64,000 nucleotides of DNA from Flavobacteriales bacterium (GCA_017620815.1 JAGAUI010000001.1:4774-68773); one strand, 5' to 3'; shown: positions 37,636 through 48,508, counted from the first letter of the stretch. Numbers and translations: made by a program. Notes: generated from the sequence alone by a model not told the origin.

Positions 37636-38142
37636 GTGCAAAAAGATTACTCACACAAAATGAAATATTCAGAAAAAGAATTCACACACTTGGTAAAACA
37701 GAACAAGAGCAGCATCTACACCGTATGCTATATGTTTTCCAATGACGCCGACCAGGTTGCAGACATGTTCCAAGAAACACTCATAAATCTATGGCGGGGA
37801 TTTGAAAAATTCAAAGGCGAAAGTTCCTTAAGTACTTGGGTATATCGTGTTGCACTTAACACTTGCATTTCCAACGAACGCAAAAAGAAAAGAAACTCTT
37901 CCACCCTTCCTCTTTCTATGGAAATGAACCTATGGGAGGACAATGACAACAACACCCGCCAGATAAGACAATTGCGTGAACGCATCAAACTATTGGCTCC
38001 GTTTGACAGGGCGATAATACTACTTTGGCTGGAAGACATGAGCTATCAAGAGATAGCCAGCATAGTAGGCATAAGTGTCAAAAACGTATCGGTACGACTA
38101 CTACGCATAAAAGAACAACTCAAAAAAATGTCCCAACAATAA
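37636..38142 (+). CDS. RNA polymerase ECF-type sigma-70 factor
   Basis: 168 aa with regions 2 and 4 (DMFQETLINLWRGF, MSYQEIASIVGISVKNVSVRLLRIKEQL). CGTCTAATGT at 37628-37637 overlaps the annotated GTG, so the real start may be ATG 37660. Confidence 0.85.
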   Translation: MQKDYSHKMKYSEKEFTHLVKQNKSSIYTVCYMFSNDADQVADMFQETLINLWRGFEKFKGESSLSTWVYRVALNTCISNERKKKRNSSTLPLSMEMNLWEDNDNNTRQIRQLRERIKLLAPFDRAIILLWLEDMSYQEIASIVGISVKNVSVRLLRIKEQLKKMSQQ

Positions 38143-38155
38143 AAATTCTAAAACA

Positions 38156-38752
38156 ATGGAAAGAAAAGAAGAATTGGCAGAACTAGCCGAAATGAAACGC
38201 GAACTCAAACTATTACGCGAACGCCTTGACAAGGAAAACATCATCAGTCGCAATCACATAAAGAAAGGCATGCAGAAAAACATATCACACTTGAGTCGTT
38301 ATGGACGTATGGAGGTCGTACTAGGAGCATTTGCCTTGATAAATTTCCAGTTCATATTCTCTCACTTTGGATTTTCGGCAGCCTTTATGACAGTTACCTC
38401 CATAGGACTTTTAGGTGCTGTGATAGCATCTATAATATACCACCGCAATATATTCAAACTGAACACAGGTATGCTAGACCTTCTCTCCATGGCATACGAA
38501 TTATCACGTCTTAAACAGCGTTATGCCACTTGGAGAAGATACGCTATACCTTGTATGATAGTATGGATAGGTTGGATGTGCTATGAATGTTATATGATGA
38601 ATAACGAAATAGCTATGAGTCTAGCTACTGGATGTCTGGTGGGTGCCGTGATAGGCGGAGTGATAGGCACTAGATTATACTATCGTCAAGTGAGCAGAAT
38701 AGACGAAGTACTGCAAAACATAGAAGAATTAAGAAAAACAGAAGAAAAGTAA
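38156..38752 (+). CDS. hypothetical membrane protein, probable cognate anti-sigma factor
   Basis: 198 aa with an N-terminal coiled-coil followed by 4 hydrophobic helices, directly after the sigma gene. Confidence 0.35.
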   Translation: MERKEELAELAEMKRELKLLRERLDKENIISRNHIKKGMQKNISHLSRYGRMEVVLGAFALINFQFIFSHFGFSAAFMTVTSIGLLGAVIASIIYHRNIFKLNTGMLDLLSMAYELSRLKQRYATWRRYAIPCMIVWIGWMCYECYMMNNEIAMSLATGCLVGAVIGGVIGTRLYYRQVSRIDEVLQNIEELRKTEEK

Positions 38753-38791
38753 CACAACATCTCACTTTCATTTTATAACCCAAATCTTATC

Positions 38792-38833
38792 GTCAATAAA
38801 AGCCCGCCCCCAAAGGGGCGGGCTTTTATTGAC
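38792..38833. terminator. bidirectional intrinsic terminator
   Basis: 19-bp stem GTCAATAAAAGCCCGCCCC / GGGGCGGGCTTTTATTGAC. Confidence 0.8.
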
Positions 38834-38844
38834 TGTATAGCCTT

Positions 38845-40101
38845 CTAAAGCATCGATGCCATATAATCAAACGTATTATTGTAATCTCCTATGCGGTCTT
38901 CACCTATAAAGACAGCAACTATTCTTTTATTAGGATTAACATACACGACCTGTCCTCTTACTCCCAGTGCATAAAACCTATCGGTATAATATTCTGCTTT
39001 ATATCCTTTATCATTATGAACTATTTTTACTTGTGATAGAGGGTAGTTCAGTTCTTCACATCGTTTTACGGCAGAAAGAGAGTCTGTGTGATAAGCTCCG
39101 CCGTCTTTATTTCCTATCGTGTACACTTGGCATCTCCAGCTATATGAGTAACGGTTGTTCTCCATCGCATCACTTATAGAAAAACTACGCTTCACCCACG
39201 CACTGTCAACCACCTGCTGTCCCTGCCATACACCTTTATCCAGATACAACTGACCTATTTTGGCCAAATCTCTCACACATGTAGCAATTCCTGCATATGA
39301 TTTAGCTCGGCGATGATGTGGGTCATCAAGACACACCACAGCATCTATTTCCATTCCCAGCGGTTTCCACACTTTTTCTGAAAGATATGCAGCATATGAT
39401 TTACCGGTAGCTCGTTCTATTACCTCTCCCAGTATAGCTGTTGTCATACTATTATAATCAAACGTTTCATCGGGTTTATCACTGAATTTGACATTTGCTA
39501 TCTGTTTCATAACATTGCGACCATAGTAAAGGCGTGCCATACCTGTAAACGGATTGGCTTTATAATTTTCACTGAATTTAAGCCCCGCACGCATATCCAA
39601 AAGATGTTCTATGGTAAGATAACGGAACATAGTGTCTTTCTTTACCAGTTCTGGAATATAGTCTGTAACAGGGTCTTGGACACTTTTTATATAACCTTCG
39701 TCTATAGCTATACCACATAGAAGCGAAGTGATGGTCTTACTCACAGAAAAAATTACCGACCTCGTATCTCGCCCCAACCAACCTTGGTAGTTTTCATATA
39801 TGATACTGTCATTCTGCACTACTACTATGGCTTGTGATACATTTATAGTATCCATACCACTAGTCAAAGACATTTTGCGTCCTTTTCCATATGGGATTTT
39901 CATAGTATCAAGTACACGGTCTCCCTGTGGTTTTTCTGGGAATATAAATGGAGTATCACTCCTATGAATGGTATCCACATCAAACACGCCAATTTCGTTA
40001 TCATCTATATTCTCACTACCGTACTTGATAAAACGATATGGCACACATGAGACCATCATGAAAACACTCACAATGGCACATAAAACAACATATCTATTCA
40101 T
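38845..40101 (-). CDS. serine hydrolase (beta-lactamase / PBP4*-like family)
   Basis: 418 aa with an SxxK motif (FSVSKTITS). Confidence 0.7.
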   Translation of the reverse strand: MNRYVVLCAIVSVFMMVSCVPYRFIKYGSENIDDNEIGVFDVDTIHRSDTPFIFPEKPQGDRVLDTMKIPYGKGRKMSLTSGMDTINVSQAIVVVQNDSIIYENYQGWLGRDTRSVIFSVSKTITSLLCGIAIDEGYIKSVQDPVTDYIPELVKKDTMFRYLTIEHLLDMRAGLKFSENYKANPFTGMARLYYGRNVMKQIANVKFSDKPDETFDYNSMTTAILGEVIERATGKSYAAYLSEKVWKPLGMEIDAVVCLDDPHHRRAKSYAGIATCVRDLAKIGQLYLDKGVWQGQQVVDSAWVKRSFSISDAMENNRYSYSWRCQVYTIGNKDGGAYHTDSLSAVKRCEELNYPLSQVKIVHNDKGYKAEYYTDRFYALGVRGQVVYVNPNKRIVAVFIGEDRIGDYNNTFDYMASML

Positions 40102-40999
40102 TCTTTATATAACTATTTATACGAGATAGAGTATTTGATTGGAGTTCTTTTATATAGAGGTCATATTCGGCTATGTGAAGATTTCCTCGTGGAATGATAA
40201 AACTAGCCGATGGGACATAATAAGCATCTACATCGGCTCCTTTTACTATGAGTGTATGATGTGTAGTATCCAGTTTTACAGTATCATTTATATGTGATAT
40301 GACAGAAAGAGTATCATAAGACCAAGACACTGGATTTATACATAATTTATTGCCATTAAAGATAGGACTGGCTGCATCCAATGATGCTGTGCTGTTATAC
40401 GCCACCACTACCCCAATATCATCACTAGAAGTGGCTGGAACTATATACTTACATTCAAGGTCTTGGCTATTTACTGGATAACCTATGACATATGCCGCTA
40501 TCATCTTTTTATATACCTCATCACTCATATAATTTTTAAGCAGTTCTATGACCATTGCTCCGCCTTGGCTGTGACCTGCTAGGATAAAAGGACGCCCATC
40601 GTTCATATGTTTTATGTAGTAATCAAATGCGTTTATTATTTCCTCACGAGCTATCTCATACCTCTGCTCTACCATTGCAGCATCACTCTCCCCCCACGAA
40701 TCCATAGACACCTGTGCATAATATGGACAGTAGAAATTACTATGCTGTGATAGAGCATGACGAGCCAATTCTGAAGGAGCATGTGTACGAGCTCTCTGTG
40801 CAGAATCATTCACATCCATATTATAACGCACTACCCCATTACTATCTTTTTTACTCCATGTGCAGGTAGGAGTGATATAAAACACATCGGTAGGGTTTTC
40901 TCCTCCTGCTGCATACCACATGTCTTTATCGCTATAATCTGTATAAGTATGGTTACAGGATAATAAAAGGCAAGAAACTAATACTATAAAATATCTCAT
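40094..40999 (-). CDS. DUF3089-like alpha/beta hydrolase lipoprotein
   Basis: Lipobox LLLSCN and a GHSQGG nucleophile elbow. Overlaps the next gene by 8 nt. Confidence 0.6.
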   Translation of the reverse strand: MRYFIVLVSCLLLSCNHTYTDYSDKDMWYAAGGENPTDVFYITPTCTWSKKDSNGVVRYNMDVNDSAQRARTHAPSELARHALSQHSNFYCPYYAQVSMDSWGESDAAMVEQRYEIAREEIINAFDYYIKHMNDGRPFILAGHSQGGAMVIELLKNYMSDEVYKKMIAAYVIGYPVNSQDLECKYIVPATSSDDIGVVVAYNSTASLDAASPIFNGNKLCINPVSWSYDTLSVISHINDTVKLDTTHHTLIVKGADVDAYYVPSASFIIPRGNLHIAEYDLYIKELQSNTLSRINSYIKNE

Positions 41000-41021
41000 T
41001 ATTTACCACATATATGATTTT

Positions 41022-41597
41022 CTAAAAATCTTTACATATAGTCAAGGCTTCGTCTATAGCACGTTTGATTTTTTCTTTTATTTCATCATCGGTACTATAA
41101 TCCAAATTTTGAGCAGAAACACACATCACATCTCCCATTCCCCATAGGCGACTCAAAGCCTTGATATATGGAGTGCCTTGCTCTATATCATCTCCCGTAT
41201 GTATGTTCATGCCTCGGGTAGTTATATAAAGTACACGTTCGCAAGAGCATAGACCTACACATTTTTCTCCATCATCAGCAAATGTGATATTAAATAGCGA
41301 CATATTTTCAAAAAACACTTTAAGTGCCGCAGGAAAACTCATATCCCAAAACGGAGCCGCAATGACTATACGATGAGCATTTGCTATGCGGCGAGCCATA
41401 GAGACTATCTCCTCTGGCACATAACCCGATGCACGCTCATCCAGCACCACACTATCTACAGCCTTAAGTCCTAGTGATGCCACATCTATATGTTCCACAT
41501 CATAACGCAATGAAAGAGCCTCTACTACATGGTTTAGTATTTGTTTTGTGCGGGATTCTGCTCTCATACAGCAGTCTATAACCACGAGTTTTTTCAT
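41022..41597 (-). CDS. flavodoxin-like-fold NAD(P)H-dependent oxidoreductase (azoreductase/quinone reductase-like)
   Basis: MKKLVVIDCCMRAESRTKQIL... The ORF extension to 41675 is rejected because it runs through the predicted promoter. Confidence 0.65.
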   Translation of the reverse strand: MKKLVVIDCCMRAESRTKQILNHVVEALSLRYDVEHIDVASLGLKAVDSVVLDERASGYVPEEIVSMARRIANAHRIVIAAPFWDMSFPAALKVFFENMSLFNITFADDGEKCVGLCSCERVLYITTRGMNIHTGDDIEQGTPYIKALSRLWGMGDVMCVSAQNLDYSTDDEIKEKIKRAIDEALTICKDF

Positions 41598-41674
41598 AAT
41601 TGAATTGGTTTTAAGGATGAAAGGACAAATATAAAAAAATCCCTCAATAAGTAGAGGTATTATCCTTTTATACA

Positions 41675-41702
41675 TTAGACGGGAAAAGACTTAAAAAGGT
41701 TA
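41675..41702 (-). promoter_or_regulatory. putative ECF-type promoter (TAACC-N16-CGTCTAA) for the 41597->38845 operon
   Basis: Minus strand reads GTAACCTTTTTAAGTCTTTTCCCGTCTAATGTATAA. It shares AACCTTTT...GTCTAATGTATAA with 55550-55577, and GTCTAATGT with 37629-37637. Confidence 0.45.
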
Positions 41703-41742
41703 CATGAACATAAAGATTTAACATTTAAAATAGTCCCGTTAT

Positions 41743-44082
41743 TTACTTTATGAACAATTCTCCTTCTGCAGGTGCGAGTACTCCTGTCACTGCTTGTTTA
41801 ACTTCTTTCTTTATAGTTATCTGCTCCTCTAGAGGTAACTCCATTGAATCAAATCCCAATCTCAAACGGTAATCACCCCTCTCCAGCACCCAAGCCGTAT
41901 CCTTTTCACTATATACCGCAAGAGCAAATGTTGGGATAGTTATCTCCACTTCACACTCTTCGCCACCCTGCAAAGTATGAGTCTTTTTATAGCCTCTCAA
42001 CTCTACTGCTGGACGGTCTGTCGTAGGATTGAGTTGTGTGGAGTATAACTGAACGACTTGTTTGGCTGGGCGAGAACCAGTATTTTTTACTCGGCAGCTT
42101 ACGGTGATAGTCTTATCATTCTGCTTTACTTTCATATCACTCATCTGGAAAGTAGAATATGTAAGCCCATAACCAAATGGATATGCCACCTCTACTCCAC
42201 GAGTAGCATAATGACGATACCCTACATATATGTCTTCGGTATAGTTGGTATAGTCTATATTTGGGATATCATAGTATTTATGTACCGTACTGTAATTCTC
42301 AAATGATTGATTAAGTCCATTCTCTGGCACATTGACAGGGAAATTCTGTGAAGGCACATCTTCATAACGTATAGGGAATGTCATAGGCAGATGACCACTA
42401 GGGGACACACGTCCTGTAAGCACATCGGCCACAGAATTACCACCCTCCTGTCCCGGCATCCATACTACCAGCACTGCATCTACCTTATCTCTCCATGAGG
42501 CTATCTCCACTGGCCCACTCACATTGAGAACTACGACTACTTTTTTCCCTGCCGCACGGAACTCACGACTCACCTCATTAAGCAAGGCAGTCTCGTCTAT
42601 TCTCAATTTATAATCGCGTTCTACATGGCGTTCAAAACCTTCGGCAGAATGTCTAGAATAGGTAATGATAGCCACATCGGCACGCAAGGCAGCTCCACAG
42701 ACCAGTGAACGAGGGTCGCGTATCTCGTTGGGACGTAGAGTGTAATGAGTCCAGTCTCTATGTGCATCCATAGGAGCTATACGTTCTTTTTCATTTTTCA
42801 TATGCTCCACATACTGTTTATCTAGTTTATCGTCTAGTTTTATACCTACACCCTGCAATCCCTCTCTCAAATCCACAACATATGCTTTGTTTACATCTCC
42901 AGAACCACGCCCTCCTGCTATGAAATCATAAGACCCCACACCAAAGAGAGCCACAGTGCTAGATTTGTCTATAGGCAGTGTCACGCCATCATTTTTAAGC
43001 AGCACAAAACCTTCGCTTGCCACATCGCGTGTAACAGTAGCATGGGCTTTAAGGTCTGGATTATTGCTAGGTTTATAACCTGCATATCTAGGAGTTTTGA
43101 CTATCAGTTGCAGTATTCGTTTAACGCAAGCATCCAACGATTCCATAGAAAGACGACCTTCCTTGACAGCCCTTACTATATCCTCATACTGACGTTTTTC
43201 ACCGGGCTGTATCATATCATTTCCTGCTTCCACCTGTGCAGCAGCGTCTAATCCTCCTCCCCAGTCTGTAACTATTGCTCCTTGGAATCCAAATTCTCCA
43301 CGCAAAACATCTGTAAGCAGACCTTTATCTTCCGATGTATAACGCCCATTGATATAGTTATATGATGTCATTATAGTCCAAGGTTGGGATTCACGCACTG
43401 CTATCTCAAAGTTTTTAAGATATATCTCCCTCAATGCTCTCAATGACACGCGTGAGTCGTTACCCAGACGGTTTATCTCTTGGTTATTGGCGGCAAAATG
43501 TTTCATAGACGTACCTACACCTTGGCTTTCTATACCGTTTATGATAGCAGCAGCTGTCTTTCCTGCCAGCAGAGGGTCTTCTGAATAGTATTCAAAATTT
43601 CGTCCGCATAGAGGATTACGCATAATGTTTACACCGGGAGCCAGTATCACATCTACACCATATTCTCTCACTTCGTTACCCATAGCCTCTCCCACGCGAT
43701 ATATAATACTATCATTCCAAGTAGCTGCCATGTGTGTTCCCACAGGAAATCCCGTGCAGTAATATGTAGCTGTATCTCCCTCACGAGTAGGAAGGATACG
43801 CAATCCAGCAGGGCCATCGGCCATAACGATAGAAGGTATTCCTAGACGTTCTATGGGATAAGTTATACCTGCCGCACCGGGGATAATGGATTCTGTATAG
43901 CCTACTTCGCCGGCAGCTTTACGGTCAGACATATCGGCACCTACTATCATATGAGCTTTTTCTTCCAGTGTCATAGCCGCAACGACTTTATCTATATTAT
44001 CTGGAGTAAGACGTAAGGATTTCTGTGCCTGTACTGTAATGGAGAGCAATAATGCCATCCCAAAGATTATTGTTTTTTTCAT
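41743..44082 (-). CDS. bglX: glycoside hydrolase family 3 beta-glucosidase (BglX-like)
   Basis: 779 aa with a signal peptide, GH3 N- and C-terminal domains (...GFQGAIVTDWGG...) and a fibronectin-like C-terminal domain. Confidence 0.85.
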   Translation of the reverse strand: MKKTIIFGMALLLSITVQAQKSLRLTPDNIDKVVAAMTLEEKAHMIVGADMSDRKAAGEVGYTESIIPGAAGITYPIERLGIPSIVMADGPAGLRILPTREGDTATYYCTGFPVGTHMAATWNDSIIYRVGEAMGNEVREYGVDVILAPGVNIMRNPLCGRNFEYYSEDPLLAGKTAAAIINGIESQGVGTSMKHFAANNQEINRLGNDSRVSLRALREIYLKNFEIAVRESQPWTIMTSYNYINGRYTSEDKGLLTDVLRGEFGFQGAIVTDWGGGLDAAAQVEAGNDMIQPGEKRQYEDIVRAVKEGRLSMESLDACVKRILQLIVKTPRYAGYKPSNNPDLKAHATVTRDVASEGFVLLKNDGVTLPIDKSSTVALFGVGSYDFIAGGRGSGDVNKAYVVDLREGLQGVGIKLDDKLDKQYVEHMKNEKERIAPMDAHRDWTHYTLRPNEIRDPRSLVCGAALRADVAIITYSRHSAEGFERHVERDYKLRIDETALLNEVSREFRAAGKKVVVVLNVSGPVEIASWRDKVDAVLVVWMPGQEGGNSVADVLTGRVSPSGHLPMTFPIRYEDVPSQNFPVNVPENGLNQSFENYSTVHKYYDIPNIDYTNYTEDIYVGYRHYATRGVEVAYPFGYGLTYSTFQMSDMKVKQNDKTITVSCRVKNTGSRPAKQVVQLYSTQLNPTTDRPAVELRGYKKTHTLQGGEECEVEITIPTFALAVYSEKDTAWVLERGDYRLRLGFDSMELPLEEQITIKKEVKQAVTGVLAPAEGELFIK

Positions 44083-44183
44083 ATCGTGTTATTTTTTAAG
44101 TAAACAAATGTAGGGATTATTTTGTGATACACATAAAAAAAGCACCTTAAAAAAGATGCTTTTATGCTTTTTTCATATCTATT

Positions 44184-45170
44184 TTACACAGAACGAGATG
44201 AGAGAATTTTGGTTCCTCCTTCATGTGGGATAATCTCTATCTTATCTATACATGCTGGTACCAATACACAATCCCCTACCACAAAATCACGGCTATATCC
44301 ATCACAAGAAAGCGTGTATGTCCCCTCTACACATGACAATACCACAAAACTCTCACCACCGTCATTATTTATCATCATTCTAGATGTAGCATATATCATA
44401 TCGGTAGAAAAAAACGGGCAATGCACCATGGTAGAAATTTCATTTTCTATAGTCTTATATGACATAGTAGCAGGAGTATCATCGTCAAAATTCATAGTCT
44501 CCAATGCCTGTTCTACATGCAAGGCACGAGGTTTTCCAGTAGAAGCATCCACACGGTCAAAGTCATAGATACGGTATGTAACGTCTGATGATTGCTGGAT
44601 TTCTAAAAGGAGAATGCCTCGCCCTATAGAATGTACACGCCCCGGTGGCAAATAAAAACATTGTCCTCTCTCTACATCCACCCTCTGGAGTATATCCAGC
44701 AAACGACCGTTTGAAAAGGCTTCAAGGTATTGATTTCTGCTTATCTTCTCACGAAATCCAGATATAAGTTGTGAAGACTCATCGGCATCTATTACATACC
44801 ACATTTCGGCTTTCCCACGCTCTTTTCCATGAGATGTGGCATAATCATCATCTGGATGAACTTGGATAGATAGGTCATCTGCCGAACTTATAAACTTTAT
44901 AAGGAGAGGGAAAGACGTCCCATATTTTTCATAAACCTTACTACCTAGTAAAAGGCTACCATACTCTTCTATAATCCCTACCAAATCTCTTCCCGATAGT
45001 TCTCCTTTATCCACCACCGAAACATTATCCCTCACGGTAGATATCTCCCACGTCTCCCCACAGGAAGCGGCAGGATAATCCTTACCCAATACTGTACGTA
45101 TCTTATTTCCTGCCCATATAGGGTATTTGTATATGGGGGTAAAAGTAAGAGGGTATAGATTTGGTTTCAT
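44184..45170 (-). CDS. manA: type I mannose-6-phosphate isomerase
   Basis: 328 aa cupin protein: GETWEIS..., LSIQVHPDD, EMWYVI, GRVHSIG. Confidence 0.8.
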   Translation of the reverse strand: MKPNLYPLTFTPIYKYPIWAGNKIRTVLGKDYPAASCGETWEISTVRDNVSVVDKGELSGRDLVGIIEEYGSLLLGSKVYEKYGTSFPLLIKFISSADDLSIQVHPDDDYATSHGKERGKAEMWYVIDADESSQLISGFREKISRNQYLEAFSNGRLLDILQRVDVERGQCFYLPPGRVHSIGRGILLLEIQQSSDVTYRIYDFDRVDASTGKPRALHVEQALETMNFDDDTPATMSYKTIENEISTMVHCPFFSTDMIYATSRMMINNDGGESFVVLSCVEGTYTLSCDGYSRDFVVGDCVLVPACIDKIEIIPHEGGTKILSSRSV

Positions 45171-45282
45171 ATATGACAGATTTTATTTTGGGCGGTAAAG
45201 ATACAAAAAATATACCATTCCCACACTATAAGCATAGCCTGTTTTAAGCATCTGCTTACAACAAGAAGAACGAGAAATCCTT

Positions 45283-48200
45283 TTATGCTTTCTTTTTACG
45301 CCCTATACCCATAAATATAGGCAGGAAGAAATATATACCTACTATGGACATTACCAGACCTCCTATGGTTCCCACAGCTAGAGTAAACCATACACGTTCT
45401 CTCTCTCCTATGAGAAATGGCACAAATCCCAGTATGGTAGAAAGCACCGTAAGTAAGATAGATGTTATTTTGGCATTGAAGGATTTACGGAAGGTAAGAA
45501 GTGGAGAAATGCGTGAGGTCTTGATAATGTTATTGTAGTCATTGAGTATGTATATGGAGGCATTGACCGTTATACCACATAGCAAAAGCATAGAGGCAAA
45601 TGTCCCGCTATCTACCTTTATATCAAAAATATAATACGTTAAGAAGAGTCCTATGAGAGATATAGGTATTACCATTATCACAGCAAATGGTTGGGACAAT
45701 GAATTAAATAGTATAGAACACAAGAAGAATATAATCACTATCACTAGTCCCAATACTATGTATTGATTTGAATCACTATCTCCCCACGACCATGAACTTT
45801 GTAGATTTTTAATGGTATAACCCACAGGCAGACTCTCGCTATACTCTTCTATAAAATTACGCAGCATTTGACGGTTTGAATCACTGGAACCTATATAGCT
45901 GTATTGCAAGACAAGGGTGTACTGCTGGTTAATCTTGCGTATATCTGACGGTGTTTGAGATTTAACTATATGAGCCATACTGCTCAATTTGTATTGGGAG
46001 ATGGTATCTATGTATTCGGCATTGTGACGCACGTCCCATATATCATAGTCCTCTTTTTCTCTAGGAGACATTACCACATCCTCTCGTGTACCATCAGATT
46101 TGCTTATAGTATAGATATTGGAAGTGGACATATAGGTATTTATGTTACTCTTCACCATAGTAGGCGAAATACCTTGACGCACCATTTCTCTGGTATCAAA
46201 ATCAAACGAATATTCGGTATAGTCGTTTTTGGAATAAGTACGAGTAGAGTTTATAGACACATCACTCACACGTTTGTTCTCTTCCAGTCTATTACGGAAA
46301 TCATTTGCTATGGCATAGAGCATATCATAGTTATATCCATAGAATGCTACAGCACTAGAGCCAGCACTTTCAGATGTACGGTTTGAAAAGTATTCGCCTT
46401 GACAACGAGCTGTCCATTGGGCACCACCTATTTCAGAGGCAACAGTTGTGATATCATTATATAGGGACAATGGAAAAGACGTGCGTTCTGCCTCCCGAGT
46501 AAAATACACACTTATACTGGCACTTCCCGTATATACACGAGTCTGGAACTGACGTATCTGTGGGAAAGCGGAGAGAAATGCCTCCATTTTCATAGCTACG
46601 TTATTCATATTTTCCAGTGTCGTCCCCGATGGCATACTGCCATTTATAGTTATAACTGTCTCTCCTTCGTCATCTCTAGATGAAGAGAAATTAAATCCTT
46701 TGGAAACCTTTTCAGAAAACAAACGCAATGTACCACCCAATGCCTTGTCTAGGACAGGTTTAATCTTTTCACGATATTTGGCCGAACCTATGGTATTGTT
46801 ATAAGCCTCTGCATACCAAGCATCTGAATCCTTTATCCTTTCGGGGAGTTTGAATACAGGCAGTCCAAATGCCAGAACAGCCAGAATGATAAATATCCAT
46901 CTCCATCTATACATAAACCGCATCTGCATAGCATAGAAACGGTTAAAATAAACAACCACGCGTTTACCTCTCAACGGATATTTCCTCCAGAAAGACATAC
47001 AATACTTCCCGTGGTAAAAAGGCGAATGTTTGGATGATTTACCTATATGGAGTTTATCCATAAGTGCGGGGACTAGGAAGAGTGCCGTAAAGAGTGATAC
47101 CGCTAGATTTATAATTATAACCACAGCAAAATCTTCCAGCAGGATTTTTTCTTCTTCGGGAAGGAAGAGTATCACCACCACCGAACTTATAGTAGTGAGC
47201 GTTGCTGCCAATATAGCCAGAAAGGCTTTCATATTACCTCTATTGCGTAAATGGTCTGCCATCACTATGGTGTTATCCATTATAAACCCCCGAGATATAG
47301 TAAGCCCTGCCAGAGACATCAAGTGCAGCTCTACTCCCATCATGTAATAAAAAATGACCGCTACAGCTAGATTGGCTATCATGGTAGCGATTATCATAAA
47401 CGTGTACTTCAACGATGAACTCACTATAAGCACAAAGAGTAACAATATGAGTATCGTAAGACCACTACGGAAATATATCTTGTCTAGTTCTTCCTGTATA
47501 TAGACGGTAGCATCAGACATTAGACGCATCTGATACCCATATGGGAGATTCTTTATAAAGGTATCCATCTCTCCCCTCACTTTTTCTCCCAGTGCCAACT
47601 GATTGGCTGTACTTTCAGAAAGGATGTTTACCGTAAGGGTATTGAGTCCATTGATACGGAAATACGATGTGGGTTCGGCTTGTTGGTATGATACTTTCAC
47701 TAGTTTATCCAGCGTTATCATCACACCATCCACCATCTTAACTGGTATTTCATCTATCTTATCTATCTCAAAAGTCGAAGACGGAGCTATCCCTACCCTT
47801 ATATAACTCATACTGCCATCTTCATCTATCTCATATCCCACACCCACCGCTTCTCTAGATATATACAGGCTTATGGCAGACCTTACATCGGCAACGGTTA
47901 TACACATATCCTTAAGACGGCGTGCATCATACTCCAAATGCCAATACATAGGCGTAGCACCTGTTATATTTACTTCGGCAACACCTTCTATCTGTGCTAT
48001 ACGGGGTTTGATAGTATTTTCTATCAATTGTTGTATCTTGTGTGGTGCTTCGGGAGCATTTACCGTGTATGTGAGGAAACTTTTAGGAGCGTCATCTGCA
48101 GCCTGTGTTCCTCTCATGGATATAGAAGGATATGAAGAACCTTCGGGCATAGAAGGCCAGAACTGACGTACGGCCGACGACACCTCAAAACGAGCCATGT

Positions 48201-48492
48201 CTATGTCTGTACTCTTGTCAAATGTAAGAGTGATACCTGCTCCACCTTTTCTCGATACAGACTCTATCCTAGTTACTCCATCTATACGCGATAACATAGC
48301 CTCCATACGGGATGTTATCTCACTCTCCACCACACGCGAAGCAGCGTCTTTCATAGAGAACGAGACATTTATCACTGGCAGATTACGCCCCGGGTTAAGC
48401 TTTATAGGCAAACGAGGCAAAAACGCAACCCCCACCAGCACCAGAGCCACCGTGAGAATAATGATAGTAAAAGAGAAATTGCGTTTTTTCAT
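45283..48492 (-). CDS. RND-superfamily efflux permease (second pump gene of the operon)
   Basis: 1069 aa with 12-TM AcrB-like architecture and a large basic insert after TM6. Confidence 0.8.
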   Translation of the reverse strand: MKKRNFSFTIIILTVALVLVGVAFLPRLPIKLNPGRNLPVINVSFSMKDAASRVVESEITSRMEAMLSRIDGVTRIESVSRKGGAGITLTFDKSTDIDMARFEVSSAVRQFWPSMPEGSSYPSISMRGTQAADDAPKSFLTYTVNAPEAPHKIQQLIENTIKPRIAQIEGVAEVNITGATPMYWHLEYDARRLKDMCITVADVRSAISLYISREAVGVGYEIDEDGSMSYIRVGIAPSSTFEIDKIDEIPVKMVDGVMITLDKLVKVSYQQAEPTSYFRINGLNTLTVNILSESTANQLALGEKVRGEMDTFIKNLPYGYQMRLMSDATVYIQEELDKIYFRSGLTILILLLFVLIVSSSLKYTFMIIATMIANLAVAVIFYYMMGVELHLMSLAGLTISRGFIMDNTIVMADHLRNRGNMKAFLAILAATLTTISSVVVILFLPEEEKILLEDFAVVIIINLAVSLFTALFLVPALMDKLHIGKSSKHSPFYHGKYCMSFWRKYPLRGKRVVVYFNRFYAMQMRFMYRWRWIFIILAVLAFGLPVFKLPERIKDSDAWYAEAYNNTIGSAKYREKIKPVLDKALGGTLRLFSEKVSKGFNFSSSRDDEGETVITINGSMPSGTTLENMNNVAMKMEAFLSAFPQIRQFQTRVYTGSASISVYFTREAERTSFPLSLYNDITTVASEIGGAQWTARCQGEYFSNRTSESAGSSAVAFYGYNYDMLYAIANDFRNRLEENKRVSDVSINSTRTYSKNDYTEYSFDFDTREMVRQGISPTMVKSNINTYMSTSNIYTISKSDGTREDVVMSPREKEDYDIWDVRHNAEYIDTISQYKLSSMAHIVKSQTPSDIRKINQQYTLVLQYSYIGSSDSNRQMLRNFIEEYSESLPVGYTIKNLQSSWSWGDSDSNQYIVLGLVIVIIFFLCSILFNSLSQPFAVIMVIPISLIGLFLTYYIFDIKVDSGTFASMLLLCGITVNASIYILNDYNNIIKTSRISPLLTFRKSFNAKITSILLTVLSTILGFVPFLIGERERVWFTLAVGTIGGLVMSIVGIYFFLPIFMGIGRKKKA

Positions 48493-48508
48493 AACCAGAT
48501 AGGCTTTA

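Noticed and set aside
37601-37637. A complete ECF-type promoter in front of the second sigma gene.
   Set aside because: Only the -10-like CGTCTAATGT is present. No AAC-containing -35 element lies at 15-17 nt. It is therefore mentioned as partial support only, not annotated as a promoter.
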